Assembly: GCA_034667725.1 (NCBI GenBank)
Contig: JAXDQS010000001.1
Location: forward strand, 1 to 64,000
Reading direction: 5' to 3'
DNA from: Thermoplasmata archaeon
Lineage (GTDB): Archaea; Thermoplasmatota; E2; JACPAO01; JAHFTW01
DNA length: 64,000 nucleotides
In this document: piece after piece, positions 27,562 through 37,138 of the stretch
Numbering within the stretch: the first letter of the stretch is position 1
Layout of the letters: every line of letters starts with the position of its first letter
The notes under the pieces: model-generated
Seen by the model: the letters and a program-made list of their open reading frames with translations, nothing else
Database searches by the model: none
Told to the model about the DNA's origin: nothing
Program-made: the position numbers and the translations under genes

Positions 27562-28764
27562 ATGCAGGGGGGCGTGGCCATCGTGGGCGCGGGCGCGGTC
27601 GGCGCCAGCGCGGCGCTCCACCTGGCGCGGGCAGGCGTCCCGGTCACGGTGCTGGAAAAGGAGCCGGGCCCCGCCCGCCACCAGAGCGGCCGCAACTCCG
27701 GCGTCGTCCACGCCGGCTACAACGCCAAGCCGGGCACCGACAAGGCCCGCTACTGTGTCGCCGGCAACCGCGAGCTGCGCCGCTACCTCCAGGAGAAGGG
27801 GCTCCCGATCCTGGAGGGCGGCATCCTGGTGGTGGCCCGCACCGAGGCCGAGCGCGCGACCCTCGCGGAGCTCCAGCACCGGGCCCGCGCCAACGGGGTC
27901 GCCAACCGGATGCTCGACGCGGCCGGCATCCACGAGCGCGAGCCGCACGCCCAGGGCATCGAGGCCCTGTGGGCGCTGGAGGCCGCCAGCCTGGACGCGC
28001 CCGCCTACGTCGCGGCCCTGGTGGACGACGCCAAGGCGGCGGGGGCGGAGTTCCGCTTCGGCGTCCGGGTCCGCTCCTGGAGCGAGGACCCCGCCGCCGG
28101 GGTGCGCGTGGCCACCGACCAGGGGACGGTCGAGGCCGACGTGATGGTCAACGCCGCCGGCCTGCACGCCGACCGGGTCGCGGCGGCGCTGTGCAAGGAC
28201 TTGCGGGTGGTGCCGTTCCGCGGCTTCTACGCCGAGCTGCGGCCGGAGCGCACGGGCCTGGTGCGCAGCCACATCTACGCGGCCCCCGACCTGCAGTTCC
28301 CCTTCTTGGGCGTCCACCTCAGCCGCCGCACCGACGGCCGCGTGATGGTGGGCCCCGGCGCGATGCTCGCCCTGGGCAGGGAGGCCTACCGCACCTTCGG
28401 CATGTCCGCCCGCGACCTCGGCTCCCTCCTGTCGTGGCCCGGGTTCTGGCGCATGATGGCCGACCGCCAGATGCTGCGCCTGGCCCGCACCGAGCTTGCC
28501 AAGTCGCTCCGGCTCAAGGCCATCTGGAAGGAGGCCCGCCTCCTGGTGCCCGAGGTCCAGCCGCAGGACCTGGTGCGGGCCCACGCCGGCAACCGCGCCC
28601 AACTGGTGGACCGGCGCGGCAAGCTGGTGGACGACATCGTGGTGCGCGAGACCGGGCGGACGGTCCACGTCCTGAACGCGGTGTCGCCGGGCCTCACCTG
28701 CAGCCTCCCGTTCGGGGCGGAGCTGGCGCGGCGGGCCGAGGAAAAACTGTCGCAAGGCCGATAA
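27562..28764 (+). CDS. lhgO: L-2-hydroxyglutarate oxidase-like FAD oxidoreductase
   Basis: IVGAGAVG, HQSGRNSGVVHAG, NAAGLHADRVA, PFRG, FPFLGVH, HVLNAVSPGLTCSL. Confidence 0.85.
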   Translation: MQGGVAIVGAGAVGASAALHLARAGVPVTVLEKEPGPARHQSGRNSGVVHAGYNAKPGTDKARYCVAGNRELRRYLQEKGLPILEGGILVVARTEAERATLAELQHRARANGVANRMLDAAGIHEREPHAQGIEALWALEAASLDAPAYVAALVDDAKAAGAEFRFGVRVRSWSEDPAAGVRVATDQGTVEADVMVNAAGLHADRVAAALCKDLRVVPFRGFYAELRPERTGLVRSHIYAAPDLQFPFLGVHLSRRTDGRVMVGPGAMLALGREAYRTFGMSARDLGSLLSWPGFWRMMADRQMLRLARTELAKSLRLKAIWKEARLLVPEVQPQDLVRAHAGNRAQLVDRRGKLVDDIVVRETGRTVHVLNAVSPGLTCSLPFGAELARRAEEKLSQGR

Positions 28765-28786
28765 CCCGCTCCCTGCTGGGCCGCCT

Positions 28787-29707
28787 GTGAAGGTCCTGGT
28801 GACCGGCGGCGCCGGTTTCATTGGAAGCAACCTGGTGCACCGGCTGCACGCGCGCGGCCACCAGCCGACCGCGGTGGACAGCCTGTTCCTCGGCAAGCAG
28901 GAGAACCTGCCGTCCCAGGCGCCGTTCGTGAAGCTCGACTGCGCCGACCCCGCCTTCCTGGAGACGTTCAAGGGCACCAAGTGGGACGCCGTCGTCCACC
29001 TCGCGGGGGCCTCGAGCGCGCCGATGTTCGAGGACGACCCGCTCTTGGCCGGGCAGGCCGTCGCCGCCTTCCAGAACTCGCTCGAGGTCGCCCGCGGCTG
29101 CGGCGCCAAGGTCGCCTTCGCCAGCACCTCCAGCCTCTACGCCCGCAGCCCCAAGCCGTTCCGCGAGGACATGCACGTGACCCCGGGCACCCTCTACGAG
29201 TTCAGCAAGCTCGCCATGGAGGAGCTGGGCGCCGCCTACAACGCCCGCTACGGCCTCGACGTGTCCGCGTTCCGGTTCTTCTCGGTCTACGGCCCCCGCG
29301 AGCGCCACAAGGGCCGGTTCGCCAACATCGTCAGCCAGTTCATGTGGGACCTCCAGGCCGGCAAGTCCCCCGTCCTGTACGGCGACGGCCGCCAGACCCG
29401 CGACTTCACCCACGTCGAGGACCTCCTGGACGGCATCGAGCTGTGCCTCGCCCGCACCAAGGGCTTCCAGGTCTACAACATCGGCACCGGCATCGAGCAC
29501 GACTTCAACCAGGTGGTGGCGATGCTCAACGACGCCCTCGGCACCAGCGTCCAGCCGAGCTACGTCCCCAACCCGGTGCGCAACTACGTCGCCGAGACCC
29601 TGGCCGACAACACCAAGCTCACCAAGCTCGGCTGGAAGCCGAAGATCGCCCTCAAGGAAGGCATCGCCCGCCTGGCCGCGCCCGCGGCGGCGGTGAAGCG
29701 CGCGTGA
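28787..29707 (+). CDS. NAD-dependent nucleotide-sugar epimerase/dehydratase
   Basis: VTGGAGFIGS, ASTSSLY, YEFSK, RFFSVYGP, GDGRQTRDF. Confidence 0.92.
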   Translation: MKVLVTGGAGFIGSNLVHRLHARGHQPTAVDSLFLGKQENLPSQAPFVKLDCADPAFLETFKGTKWDAVVHLAGASSAPMFEDDPLLAGQAVAAFQNSLEVARGCGAKVAFASTSSLYARSPKPFREDMHVTPGTLYEFSKLAMEELGAAYNARYGLDVSAFRFFSVYGPRERHKGRFANIVSQFMWDLQAGKSPVLYGDGRQTRDFTHVEDLLDGIELCLARTKGFQVYNIGTGIEHDFNQVVAMLNDALGTSVQPSYVPNPVRNYVAETLADNTKLTKLGWKPKIALKEGIARLAAPAAAVKRA

Positions 29708-30567
29708 AGGGCATCCTGCTTGCAGGCGGGACCGGCACCCGCCTCTACCCGAGCACCCGCGTCGTCTCGAAGCAGCTCCTGCCCATCTACGACAAGCCGA
29801 TGGTGTTCTACCCGTTGAGCACCCTGATGCTGGCGGGCGTCCGCGACATCTTGGTCATCAGCACCCCGCGCGACCTGCCAATGTACCAGGAGCTTCTAGG
29901 CGACGGCGCCGACCTCGGCGTCCGCCTCACCTACCGCGTGCAGGAGAAGCCCGGCGGCCTCGCCCAGGCGTTCCTGGTCGGCGCCGACTTCGTGGGCGAG
30001 GAGCCCGTCGCCCTCGTGCTCGGGGACAACATCTTCCACGGCGCTGGACTGAGCGGGCTCTTGCAGGACGCCGTGCGCTCCAACCACGGCGCCACCATCT
30101 TCGGCTACCACGTCGCCGACCCGCAGCGCTATGGCGTGGCCGAGACCGACGCCCAAGGCAAGGTCGTGTCGCTGGAGGAGAAGCCGGCCAAGCCCAAGAG
30201 CGACCTCGCCGTCGTCGGCCTCTACCTCTACGACGGCACCGTCGTCGCCAAGGCCAAGGCCCTCAAGCCCAGCGCCCGCGGCGAGCTGGAGATCACCGAC
30301 CTCAACCGGGCGTACCTGGAGGAGGGCCGCCTCAAGCTGGTCCCGTTCGCGCGCGGCACGGCCTGGCTGGACACGGGGACGCACCAGTCCCTGCTGGAGG
30401 CCTCGCAGTACATCGCCACCATCGAGCACCGGCAAGGCTGGAAGGTGGCGTGCCTGGAGGAGGTGGCGTGGCGCATGGGTTATATCGCGCGCGCCGACCT
30501 CGAACGCCTCGCGCAGCGCTACACCGGCGAGTACCGCGCCTACCTGGACGGGCTCGCCAAGCGCTGA
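29704..30567 (+). CDS. rmlA: Glucose-1-phosphate thymidylyltransferase
   Basis: KGILLAGGTGTRLYP..SKQLLPIYDKPM, LGDNIF, EEKP, SARGELEITD, WLDTGT. Confidence 0.96.
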   Translation: MKGILLAGGTGTRLYPSTRVVSKQLLPIYDKPMVFYPLSTLMLAGVRDILVISTPRDLPMYQELLGDGADLGVRLTYRVQEKPGGLAQAFLVGADFVGEEPVALVLGDNIFHGAGLSGLLQDAVRSNHGATIFGYHVADPQRYGVAETDAQGKVVSLEEKPAKPKSDLAVVGLYLYDGTVVAKAKALKPSARGELEITDLNRAYLEEGRLKLVPFARGTAWLDTGTHQSLLEASQYIATIEHRQGWKVACLEEVAWRMGYIARADLERLAQRYTGEYRAYLDGLAKR

Positions 30568-30576
30568 GGGACCTCC

Positions 30577-31143
30577 ATGCCGTTCACGTTCACGCCGGAT
30601 CCGGACCTGAAGCCCGTCGTCCTCGTCGAGCCCCGCGCCTTCGGCGACAACCGCGGCTGGTTCATGGAGACCTACAAGCGCAGCGACTTCGAGCGCGCCG
30701 GCATCCTCGGCGACTTCCGCCAGGACAACCACTCCTTGAGCAAGGGCAAGGGCATCCTGCGCGGCCTCCATTTCCAGAACGACCCGAAGGCGCAGGGCAA
30801 GCTGGTGCGCGTCGGCCGCGGCGCCATCTGGGACGTGGTCGTGGACCTCCGCAAGGGCTCCCCCACCTACCGCCGCTGGAAGGCGTTCGAGCTGACCGCG
30901 GACAACCGCCGCATCCTCTGGGTGCCGCCCGGCTTCGGCCACGGCTTCTGCACCTTGAGCGACGAGGCCGAGGTCATCTACAAGACCACCAACGAGTACG
31001 ACGCCGCCCTCGACCGCTCGGTGCGCTGGGACGACCCCGACCTCGGCGTCCAATGGCCCGTCAAGGATCCCATCCTCTCCGAGAAGGACCTGAAGGCCCC
31101 GCCGCTTGCCAAGTCGGACGTGAACTTCCAGGCGGGCGCCTGA
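30577..31143 (+). CDS. rmlC: dTDP-4-dehydrorhamnose 3,5-epimerase
   Basis: DNRGWFME, QDNHSLS..LRGLHFQ..QGKLVR, DLRKGSPT, PPGFGHGF, WDDP. Confidence 0.96.
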   Translation: MPFTFTPDPDLKPVVLVEPRAFGDNRGWFMETYKRSDFERAGILGDFRQDNHSLSKGKGILRGLHFQNDPKAQGKLVRVGRGAIWDVVVDLRKGSPTYRRWKAFELTADNRRILWVPPGFGHGFCTLSDEAEVIYKTTNEYDAALDRSVRWDDPDLGVQWPVKDPILSEKDLKAPPLAKSDVNFQAGA

Positions 31144-32153
31144 TGCACGTCCTCGTCACCGGCGGCGCCGGCTACATCGGGACCGTCATGACGGACCTCC
31201 TCTTGGCGCAAGGCCACGAGGTCACGGTGCTGGACCGCTTCTTCTTCGGCGACACCTTGGCCGACCTCCAGGCCCACCCGCGCCTCCGCCTGGTGCGCGC
31301 CGACGTCCGCAAGGTCGAGCCCAGCCACTTCGCCGGCGTCCACGCTGTGCTGGACCTCGCCGCCCTCAGCAACGACCCCGCCGGCGAGCTGGACCCCCAG
31401 AAGACCCTCCAGATCAACCACGAAGGCCGCGCCCGCGTCGCCCGCAAGGCCAAGGAGGCCGGCGTCGGCCGCTACGTCGTCGCCACCTCCTGCTCGATCT
31501 ACGGCTTCCAGGACGACGTGGTGGACGAGACCTCCAAGTCGAACCCGCTCACCACCTACGCCGAAGCCAACGGACTGGTCGAGCAGAGCAACCTCCCCCT
31601 GGCCTCCGGCGACTTCTGCGTCACCGCCCTCCGCCAAGCCACGGTGTATGGCGCCAGCCGCCGCATGCGCTTCGACCTCGCCGTCAACGCCATGGCGCTC
31701 GCCATCCACAAGACCGGCGGGCTCAAGCTGATGCGCGACGGCACCCAATGGCGCCCGTTCGTCCACGTCCGCGACACCTGCCGCGCCTTCATCCAAGTCC
31801 TCGGCACTCCGGAGAAGAAGGTCAACGGCGAAATCTTCAACGTCGGCTCCGCCGCCCAGAACGTCCAGCTCCAGCAGCTTGCCGAGCAGGTCGCCAAGGG
31901 CTGCGGCGTCCCCCTCAAGTTCGACTGGTACGGCGACGGCGACCACCGCAGCTACCGCGTCAGCTTCGACAAGATCGAGCGCGTCCTCGGCTACCGCACC
32001 GAGTGGACCCCCGAGACCGGCGCCCGCGAGATCGCCCTCCAGTTGCGCTCCGGCCGCCTCGCCGACGCCCCGCCGACCCGCACCGTCGAATGGTACAAGC
32101 ACCTCATCGCGACGCAACCGCAGGAGCTCGCCGCCGATGGCCCCATCCTCTGA
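31143..32153 (+). CDS. Extended SDR nucleotide-sugar epimerase/dehydratase
   Basis: VTGGAGYIG, LAALSNDP, SCSIYG, YAEAN, RMRFDLAVN, WRPFVHVRD. Confidence 0.9.
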   Translation: MHVLVTGGAGYIGTVMTDLLLAQGHEVTVLDRFFFGDTLADLQAHPRLRLVRADVRKVEPSHFAGVHAVLDLAALSNDPAGELDPQKTLQINHEGRARVARKAKEAGVGRYVVATSCSIYGFQDDVVDETSKSNPLTTYAEANGLVEQSNLPLASGDFCVTALRQATVYGASRRMRFDLAVNAMALAIHKTGGLKLMRDGTQWRPFVHVRDTCRAFIQVLGTPEKKVNGEIFNVGSAAQNVQLQQLAEQVAKGCGVPLKFDWYGDGDHRSYRVSFDKIERVLGYRTEWTPETGAREIALQLRSGRLADAPPTRTVEWYKHLIATQPQELAADGPIL

Positions 32154-32988
32154 GCGCATCGTCGTCCTCGGCGCCACCGGCCAGCTCGGCACCGACGTCG
32201 TCCAGGCCGCCCGCGGGCGCGGCCTGACGGTCGTTGGGCTCGCCACCGCGGGCGCCGACGTGACCCGGCCGGAGAGCCTCGCCGCGGCGTTCGCGGCGCA
32301 CAAGCCGACCCTGGTCGTCAACTGCGCCGCGTTCCACCAGGTGGACAAGTGCGAGGACGACCCGGCGCAGGCGTTCGCGGTGAACGCCGTCGGCGCGCTC
32401 CACGCCGCCCGCGCCGCCAAGGCGGCGGGCGCGCGGACGGTGTACGTCAGCACCGACTACGTGTTCGACGGCCGCAAGCCCGTGGGCAGCGCATACGCCC
32501 CCGAGGACGCGCCCGGCCCGCTCAACGTCTACGGCGCCAGCAAGCTCGCCGGCGAGCAGCTGACCCGGCAAGCCGACCCGGCGGCCCTCGTGGTCCGGGT
32601 CGCCAGCCTGTTCGGCAAGGCCGGCAGCCGCGGCAAGGGCGGCAACTTCGTCGAGAACATCTTGCGGAAAGCCAAGGCAGGCGAGCCCGTCAGCGTCGTG
32701 GCCGACCAATGGATGAGCCCCACCTGGACCGTGGACGCCGCCGCCCAGATCCTGGACGCAGCGCTTGCCGGCAGGACGGGCACCATGCACGCCACCAGCG
32801 GCGGCTCCTGCTCCTGGTGGGCCTTCGCCCAGGAAGCGGTTCGCGCCGCCGGCCTGGAGGTCGTCGTCAAGCAGGGCTCGGTCAAGGACTGGCCCAGCAA
32901 GGCGCAACGGCCCGCGAACTCGGCGCTGGCCGGCGGGGACGACCAAGGCTGGGTCCGCGCGGTCAAGGCCTACGTGCGGTCCGGGTGA
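32137..32988 (+). CDS. rmlD: dTDP-4-dehydrorhamnose reductase
   Basis: GATGQLG, NCAAFHQVDKCE, STDYVFDG, NVYGASKLAGE, RPANSAL. Confidence 0.93.
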   Translation: MAPSSERIVVLGATGQLGTDVVQAARGRGLTVVGLATAGADVTRPESLAAAFAAHKPTLVVNCAAFHQVDKCEDDPAQAFAVNAVGALHAARAAKAAGARTVYVSTDYVFDGRKPVGSAYAPEDAPGPLNVYGASKLAGEQLTRQADPAALVVRVASLFGKAGSRGKGGNFVENILRKAKAGEPVSVVADQWMSPTWTVDAAAQILDAALAGRTGTMHATSGGSCSWWAFAQEAVRAAGLEVVVKQGSVKDWPSKAQRPANSALAGGDDQGWVRAVKAYVRSG

Positions 32989-33755
32989 CCACCGTGCTTG
33001 GAATCCCGCGGCAGCTCCTGTGGAACCTCGTGCTGCGCGAGGTCCGCCTGAGCCACCGCCGGATGGGGCTCGGCATCCTCTGGACGTTCATCAATCCCCT
33101 CGCGCTCATCCTGATCTATTTCCTGGCGTTCCGCTATGTCCTCGGCGTCCAGCCGACCCCGGAGTACGGCCTGTTCCTGACCTTGGGCATCCTGCACTGG
33201 GACCTGTTCAACCGCATCGTCACGCGAGCGCCGGAGTCCATTGTCGCCAACGGGAGCCTCATCGACAAGGTGGCGTTCCCGCGCATCGTCCTGCCGGCTT
33301 CGGTGGCCGTCTCCGAGCTGGTCCAGCACGGGTTCGTGCTGGCCGCGTTCGTGTTTTTCTACTACCCCTTGGGAGGCAAGCTGTGGGCGGGGGTCGCGCT
33401 GTACCCCGTCATCCTGCTGCTCGGCTGGATGTTCTGCCTGGGCCTGGCGATGCTGCTGGCGGCCCTCACGGTGTTCGCCCGCGACCTCATCCATGTCGTG
33501 GCCATCATGATGCGGGTCGGCTTCTTCCTGACGCCGGTCATCTACGACTTCACCCGGGTCGCGGAGCCTTGGCAGACCATCCTGGCCCTCAACCCGTTCG
33601 CGGGCTATCTGGAGGGCATCCGCAGCGTCCTCTACCGCCAGTCCTACCCGAGCCTTGCCACATGGGCCCTCATGGTCTTTGCCGCGGCCGCCACCCTCGC
33701 GCTCGGCAAGTGGGTCTTCGAACGCACCCAGCGCCGCTTCACGGAGTTCCTGTGA
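32985..33755 (+). CDS. wzm: Polysaccharide ABC exporter permease
   Basis: LGILWTFINPL, LIDKVAFPR, RDL..FFLTPVIY, LNP. Confidence 0.9.
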   Translation: MTTVLGIPRQLLWNLVLREVRLSHRRMGLGILWTFINPLALILIYFLAFRYVLGVQPTPEYGLFLTLGILHWDLFNRIVTRAPESIVANGSLIDKVAFPRIVLPASVAVSELVQHGFVLAAFVFFYYPLGGKLWAGVALYPVILLLGWMFCLGLAMLLAALTVFARDLIHVVAIMMRVGFFLTPVIYDFTRVAEPWQTILALNPFAGYLEGIRSVLYRQSYPSLATWALMVFAAAATLALGKWVFERTQRRFTEFL

Positions 33756-34465
33756 TGGAGCCGGTCATCGAGCTGGCGCACGTGAGCAAGCGCTTCGTCC
33801 GCCGCACCGAAGGCAGCCGGCCGTTCCGGGACTTGCTGCGACTGGGCCAGCCCGCCGAGGCCGACCGCTACCTCTGGGCCCTGCGGGACGTCAGCCTCCG
33901 CATCCACCAAGGCGAGGCCGTCGGCATCCTGGGCCGCAACGGCGCCGGCAAGAGCACCATGCTGAAGATCATCGCCGGCACCATGCAGCCGACCTCGGGC
34001 AAGGTCACGGTCCGTGGCACCATCGCGCCCCTCTTGCAGTTGGGCGCGGGCTTCACGCCGCAGCTTTCCGGCCGCGAGAACCTGTTCCTCAATGCCTCGT
34101 TCTACGGCCTGACCCGCCGCCAAGTGGTCGCGCTGTACGACGACATCGTGGAGTTCGCCGAGCTGCGCGACTTCATGGAGATGCCTCTGGGCCACTATTC
34201 AAGCGGGATGCAGATGCGCCTGGGCTTCGCCATCGCGATCCACCTCAAGGCCGACATTCTGCTGGTGGACGAGGCCTTGGCGGTCGGCGACCAGGCATTC
34301 CAGCGCAAATGCCTGGAGAAGGTGCGCGAGCGCCGGCAGGACGGCTGCACTTTGGTGCTGGTGTCCCATTCGCCCGAGACCATCGCGCAGTTCTGCGAGC
34401 GCAGCGTCGTCGTCGAGGGCGGCCTGGTCGTGCCGGGCAAGGCGGGCGGGCCCCTTGGCGACTGA
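33755..34465 (+). CDS. wzt: Polysaccharide ABC exporter ATPase, no C-terminal carbohydrate-binding domain
   Basis: WALRDVS, GRNGAGKST, LSGREN, YSSGMQMRLGF, LLVDE, VSH; 236 aa. Confidence 0.92.
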   Translation: MEPVIELAHVSKRFVRRTEGSRPFRDLLRLGQPAEADRYLWALRDVSLRIHQGEAVGILGRNGAGKSTMLKIIAGTMQPTSGKVTVRGTIAPLLQLGAGFTPQLSGRENLFLNASFYGLTRRQVVALYDDIVEFAELRDFMEMPLGHYSSGMQMRLGFAIAIHLKADILLVDEALAVGDQAFQRKCLEKVRERRQDGCTLVLVSHSPETIAQFCERSVVVEGGLVVPGKAGGPLGD

Positions 34466-35549
34466 AGCCCGCGCCGAGCCCCGCAATTTTGGCTTGGACG
34501 TGCTGCGCTGCTTCGCGATCGGCGCAGTCCTCGTCTCTCACCTCGGCACCCACTTTTTTCAGCCCTTCCACCCCGGCTTGCATCCGTTTCTGGTCGGCGC
34601 CTCCGTCGTCGGGGTCGAGGCGTTCTTTGTCCTGAGCGGCTTCTTGATCGGCGGCATCCTGCTGCGGCAGTTCGCGCCCGGCCGCCCCGCGTCGTTGCCG
34701 CAGGCCCGCGACTTCTGGGTCCGACGCTGGTTCCGGACCCTGCCGAACTACTATCTGTTCGTCGCGGTCAACGCCATCGTCTTCTGGACGGGCCTGACCC
34801 CCTACCCCATGCGGCCAGAATATCTGCTGTTCCTGCAGAACCTTTGGACGTTCCCGCCGGGGCCGTTCGGCGAGTCCTGGTCCCTGTCCGTGGAGGAGTT
34901 CTTCTACCTCCTGTTGCCGCTGTTGATCCTGCTGGCCTGCTGGCTCGTGCGGGCCCGCCAGGCCGCGCTGCTCGCTGCCGCCTTCGCCCTCATGGCGGTC
35001 CCGACCGTCGCACGGCTTGCGCTTGCAGCGGCCGGGACGGAGCCGCAGCCTTGGAACGAGGGCACGCGCTCGGTCGTCCTGCTGCGCCTGGACGCCCTCG
35101 GCTACGGCGTGCTGGGCGCCATGGCCGCCGCCTGGCGGCCCGCCCTATGGAACGCCCACTGCGGTGCGAGAGCCGTCGTCGGCGTGGCGCTGGCGGCGGT
35201 CGGGGTCTGGCTCTGCGTGCGACTGTTCTTCGGCCTGGACGCCCCGCTTGCCTACCTCCTGAGCCTTCCGCTCGTCTCGGCCGGCATCCTGCTCACGCTT
35301 CCCTGGCTGGAGGCGATCCGCCCCTGGGGCCGGACGTCACGGGCGGCGGTGACGGCGACGAGCAAGTATGCCTACTCGCTGTATCTCTGCCATACGCCTC
35401 TGGCCTACTTGGTGCTGGCGACCATGGGCGCGGGTCCGCTGCAAAGCCTGGTCTGGTTGGGGGCCGCCTACGCGGTGGCCGCGCTGGTGTTCCACGGCTT
35501 CGAGCGACCGACGACGGCGCTGCGCGAGCGGTTTGCCAAGCGTGCCTAA
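34455..35549 (+). CDS. Acyltransferase 3 family membrane O-acyltransferase
   Basis: GLDVLR, GVEAFFVLSGFLI, RRWFRTLP, SWSLSVEEFFY, YSLYLCH. Confidence 0.92.
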   Translation: MATEARAEPRNFGLDVLRCFAIGAVLVSHLGTHFFQPFHPGLHPFLVGASVVGVEAFFVLSGFLIGGILLRQFAPGRPASLPQARDFWVRRWFRTLPNYYLFVAVNAIVFWTGLTPYPMRPEYLLFLQNLWTFPPGPFGESWSLSVEEFFYLLLPLLILLACWLVRARQAALLAAAFALMAVPTVARLALAAAGTEPQPWNEGTRSVVLLRLDALGYGVLGAMAAAWRPALWNAHCGARAVVGVALAAVGVWLCVRLFFGLDAPLAYLLSLPLVSAGILLTLPWLEAIRPWGRTSRAAVTATSKYAYSLYLCHTPLAYLVLATMGAGPLQSLVWLGAAYAVAALVFHGFERPTTALRERFAKRA

Positions 35550-37138
35550 CGGCGCCACCGCGGCAACCGGAGCGCCGCCTCCAGGTCGCCGAGCAGGCTG
35601 CCGTCGCCATAGCCCGGCGACGACTGGGCGGCCCGCAGGTGGCGCAAGGCCTTGCGGCGCTTGCCGAGCGCCAGCCACGCCTGGCCGAGGGCGTGGTGGG
35701 TCCGCGCCAAGGTCACCGGCTCCACCGCCATCGCCTGCGGCGGCGCCAGCACTTGCTGGAGCGCCTGGATGGCCTGCTGGGGCCGGCCAAGCCGGAGGTC
35801 CAGCCAGCCGGCGTGGAACAGCGCCCAAGGGAGAAGCTGCTGGGCCTCCGCGGTGAAGAACACGTCGTGGCCCACAAGGGCAGACTGGACGGCGGCCGCG
35901 GCATGGAAGCCGCGGCAGGCGCGCTCTTGGTCGCCGTCGGCGTTCAGGGCCAGCATGGCGTCGTGGTACAGCAGGTTCCCGATGCAGTAAGGCAAGTGGC
36001 GCCCCCAATCGGAGAACGACGTGGCCAGGCGTGCCCGGCGTTGCGCCTCCGCCGGCTCGCAGGCGCCCGGCCCGTGGACCGCCTCTGCGGCGGCCTTGGC
36101 CTCGCGCAGGGCGGCGCGGGTGGCGTCGTGGCGGCCGGCGTGGCCGTGCTCGCCGGCCAGGCGGGTGGCGACGCCCAGGCGCAGGCGGTCAGGAGTCTTG
36201 TCCTCGGCCAGGAAGCGTTCCAGGTACGACAGGTATTCCGGCCCGTGCCCGCCGAGCCGGGGCGTCGCGAACGGCTTGCGGCTGGCGAACGCGATGAGAC
36301 GGTCGTTGCGAGGCAAGACCACGACGTGCGCGAAGCCGGCGCGCCGCAACAGGCCGGCGAGGCTGTCGGCCCCGAACAGCAGGACATGGTAACCGGGCGA
36401 GAGGTTCGGCACCAGGGTGGCCAGGTCCGAGCCAGAATCGGCCACTTGGGCGTTGGGCGTCGTGAGCACCAGCAGCCCGTCGGGCGCCAGGTAGTCTCCG
36501 AGCAGCCGGGCCAGGTCGACCGGGGTGGAAACGTGCTCGATGACCTCGGAGCAGAACACGAAGTCGAACGTGCGGCCATGGAGCGCGGGCACGTCCTGGA
36601 CGTAGGCGTGGTGGATGTCGAGCCCAAGCCGCGCACGCCCTTCGCGGCCGAAGTAGCCTGGCTCGCAGCCGACGACCGCCGTGCCCCAGAGCCGGCGGGC
36701 CGCGTCCAAGGCCAAGCCGTAGCCGCAACCGACCTCCAGCATGGAGCGGAACGGCCGGGCCGCACGGGCCGTGGCGACCAGGTCCACCATGAAGCTGATC
36801 CCGGCGCCCCATTCGACGTAATGCTGCAGGCCGCTCTCCTGCGCGAAGTAGTCCGAGGCCGCTTCGGCGCCTTGGTCGTAGGCGGGCAGCCGGAACGGAT
36901 GGAAGTAGACGCTGCCGCACGGGCAGGCGTAGAGGTCGAGGCGGCCTTGGTCGAGCACGGAGGCGACCGACAGGACCTGGGGCTTTGGCGTGGCGTCGCC
37001 GCACGCCGGGCAGCCTCCGGCAGGCTTCGGGGCCTTGCTTCGAGCCCAGCGCAGCCCGAGCGTCTCGGGCCGCATCCCCACGGAGGACTGCTCCGCCTGC
37101 ACGCCGTCCGGACCCCAGGCCAGCATAAGGCTGCTCAC
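35546..37138 (-). CDS. Class I SAM-dependent methyltransferase with N-terminal Cys motif and TPR-like C-terminus
   Basis: CPAC..CPCG, LEVGCGYG, FDFVFCSEVIEHV, LTTPN; GTGA overlap with upstream gene. Confidence 0.82.
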   Translation of the reverse strand: MSSLMLAWGPDGVQAEQSSVGMRPETLGLRWARSKAPKPAGGCPACGDATPKPQVLSVASVLDQGRLDLYACPCGSVYFHPFRLPAYDQGAEAASDYFAQESGLQHYVEWGAGISFMVDLVATARAARPFRSMLEVGCGYGLALDAARRLWGTAVVGCEPGYFGREGRARLGLDIHHAYVQDVPALHGRTFDFVFCSEVIEHVSTPVDLARLLGDYLAPDGLLVLTTPNAQVADSGSDLATLVPNLSPGYHVLLFGADSLAGLLRRAGFAHVVVLPRNDRLIAFASRKPFATPRLGGHGPEYLSYLERFLAEDKTPDRLRLGVATRLAGEHGHAGRHDATRAALREAKAAAEAVHGPGACEPAEAQRRARLATSFSDWGRHLPYCIGNLLYHDAMLALNADGDQERACRGFHAAAAVQSALVGHDVFFTAEAQQLLPWALFHAGWLDLRLGRPQQAIQALQQVLAPPQAMAVEPVTLARTHHALGQAWLALGKRRKALRHLRAAQSSPGYGDGSLLGDLEAALRLPRWRR

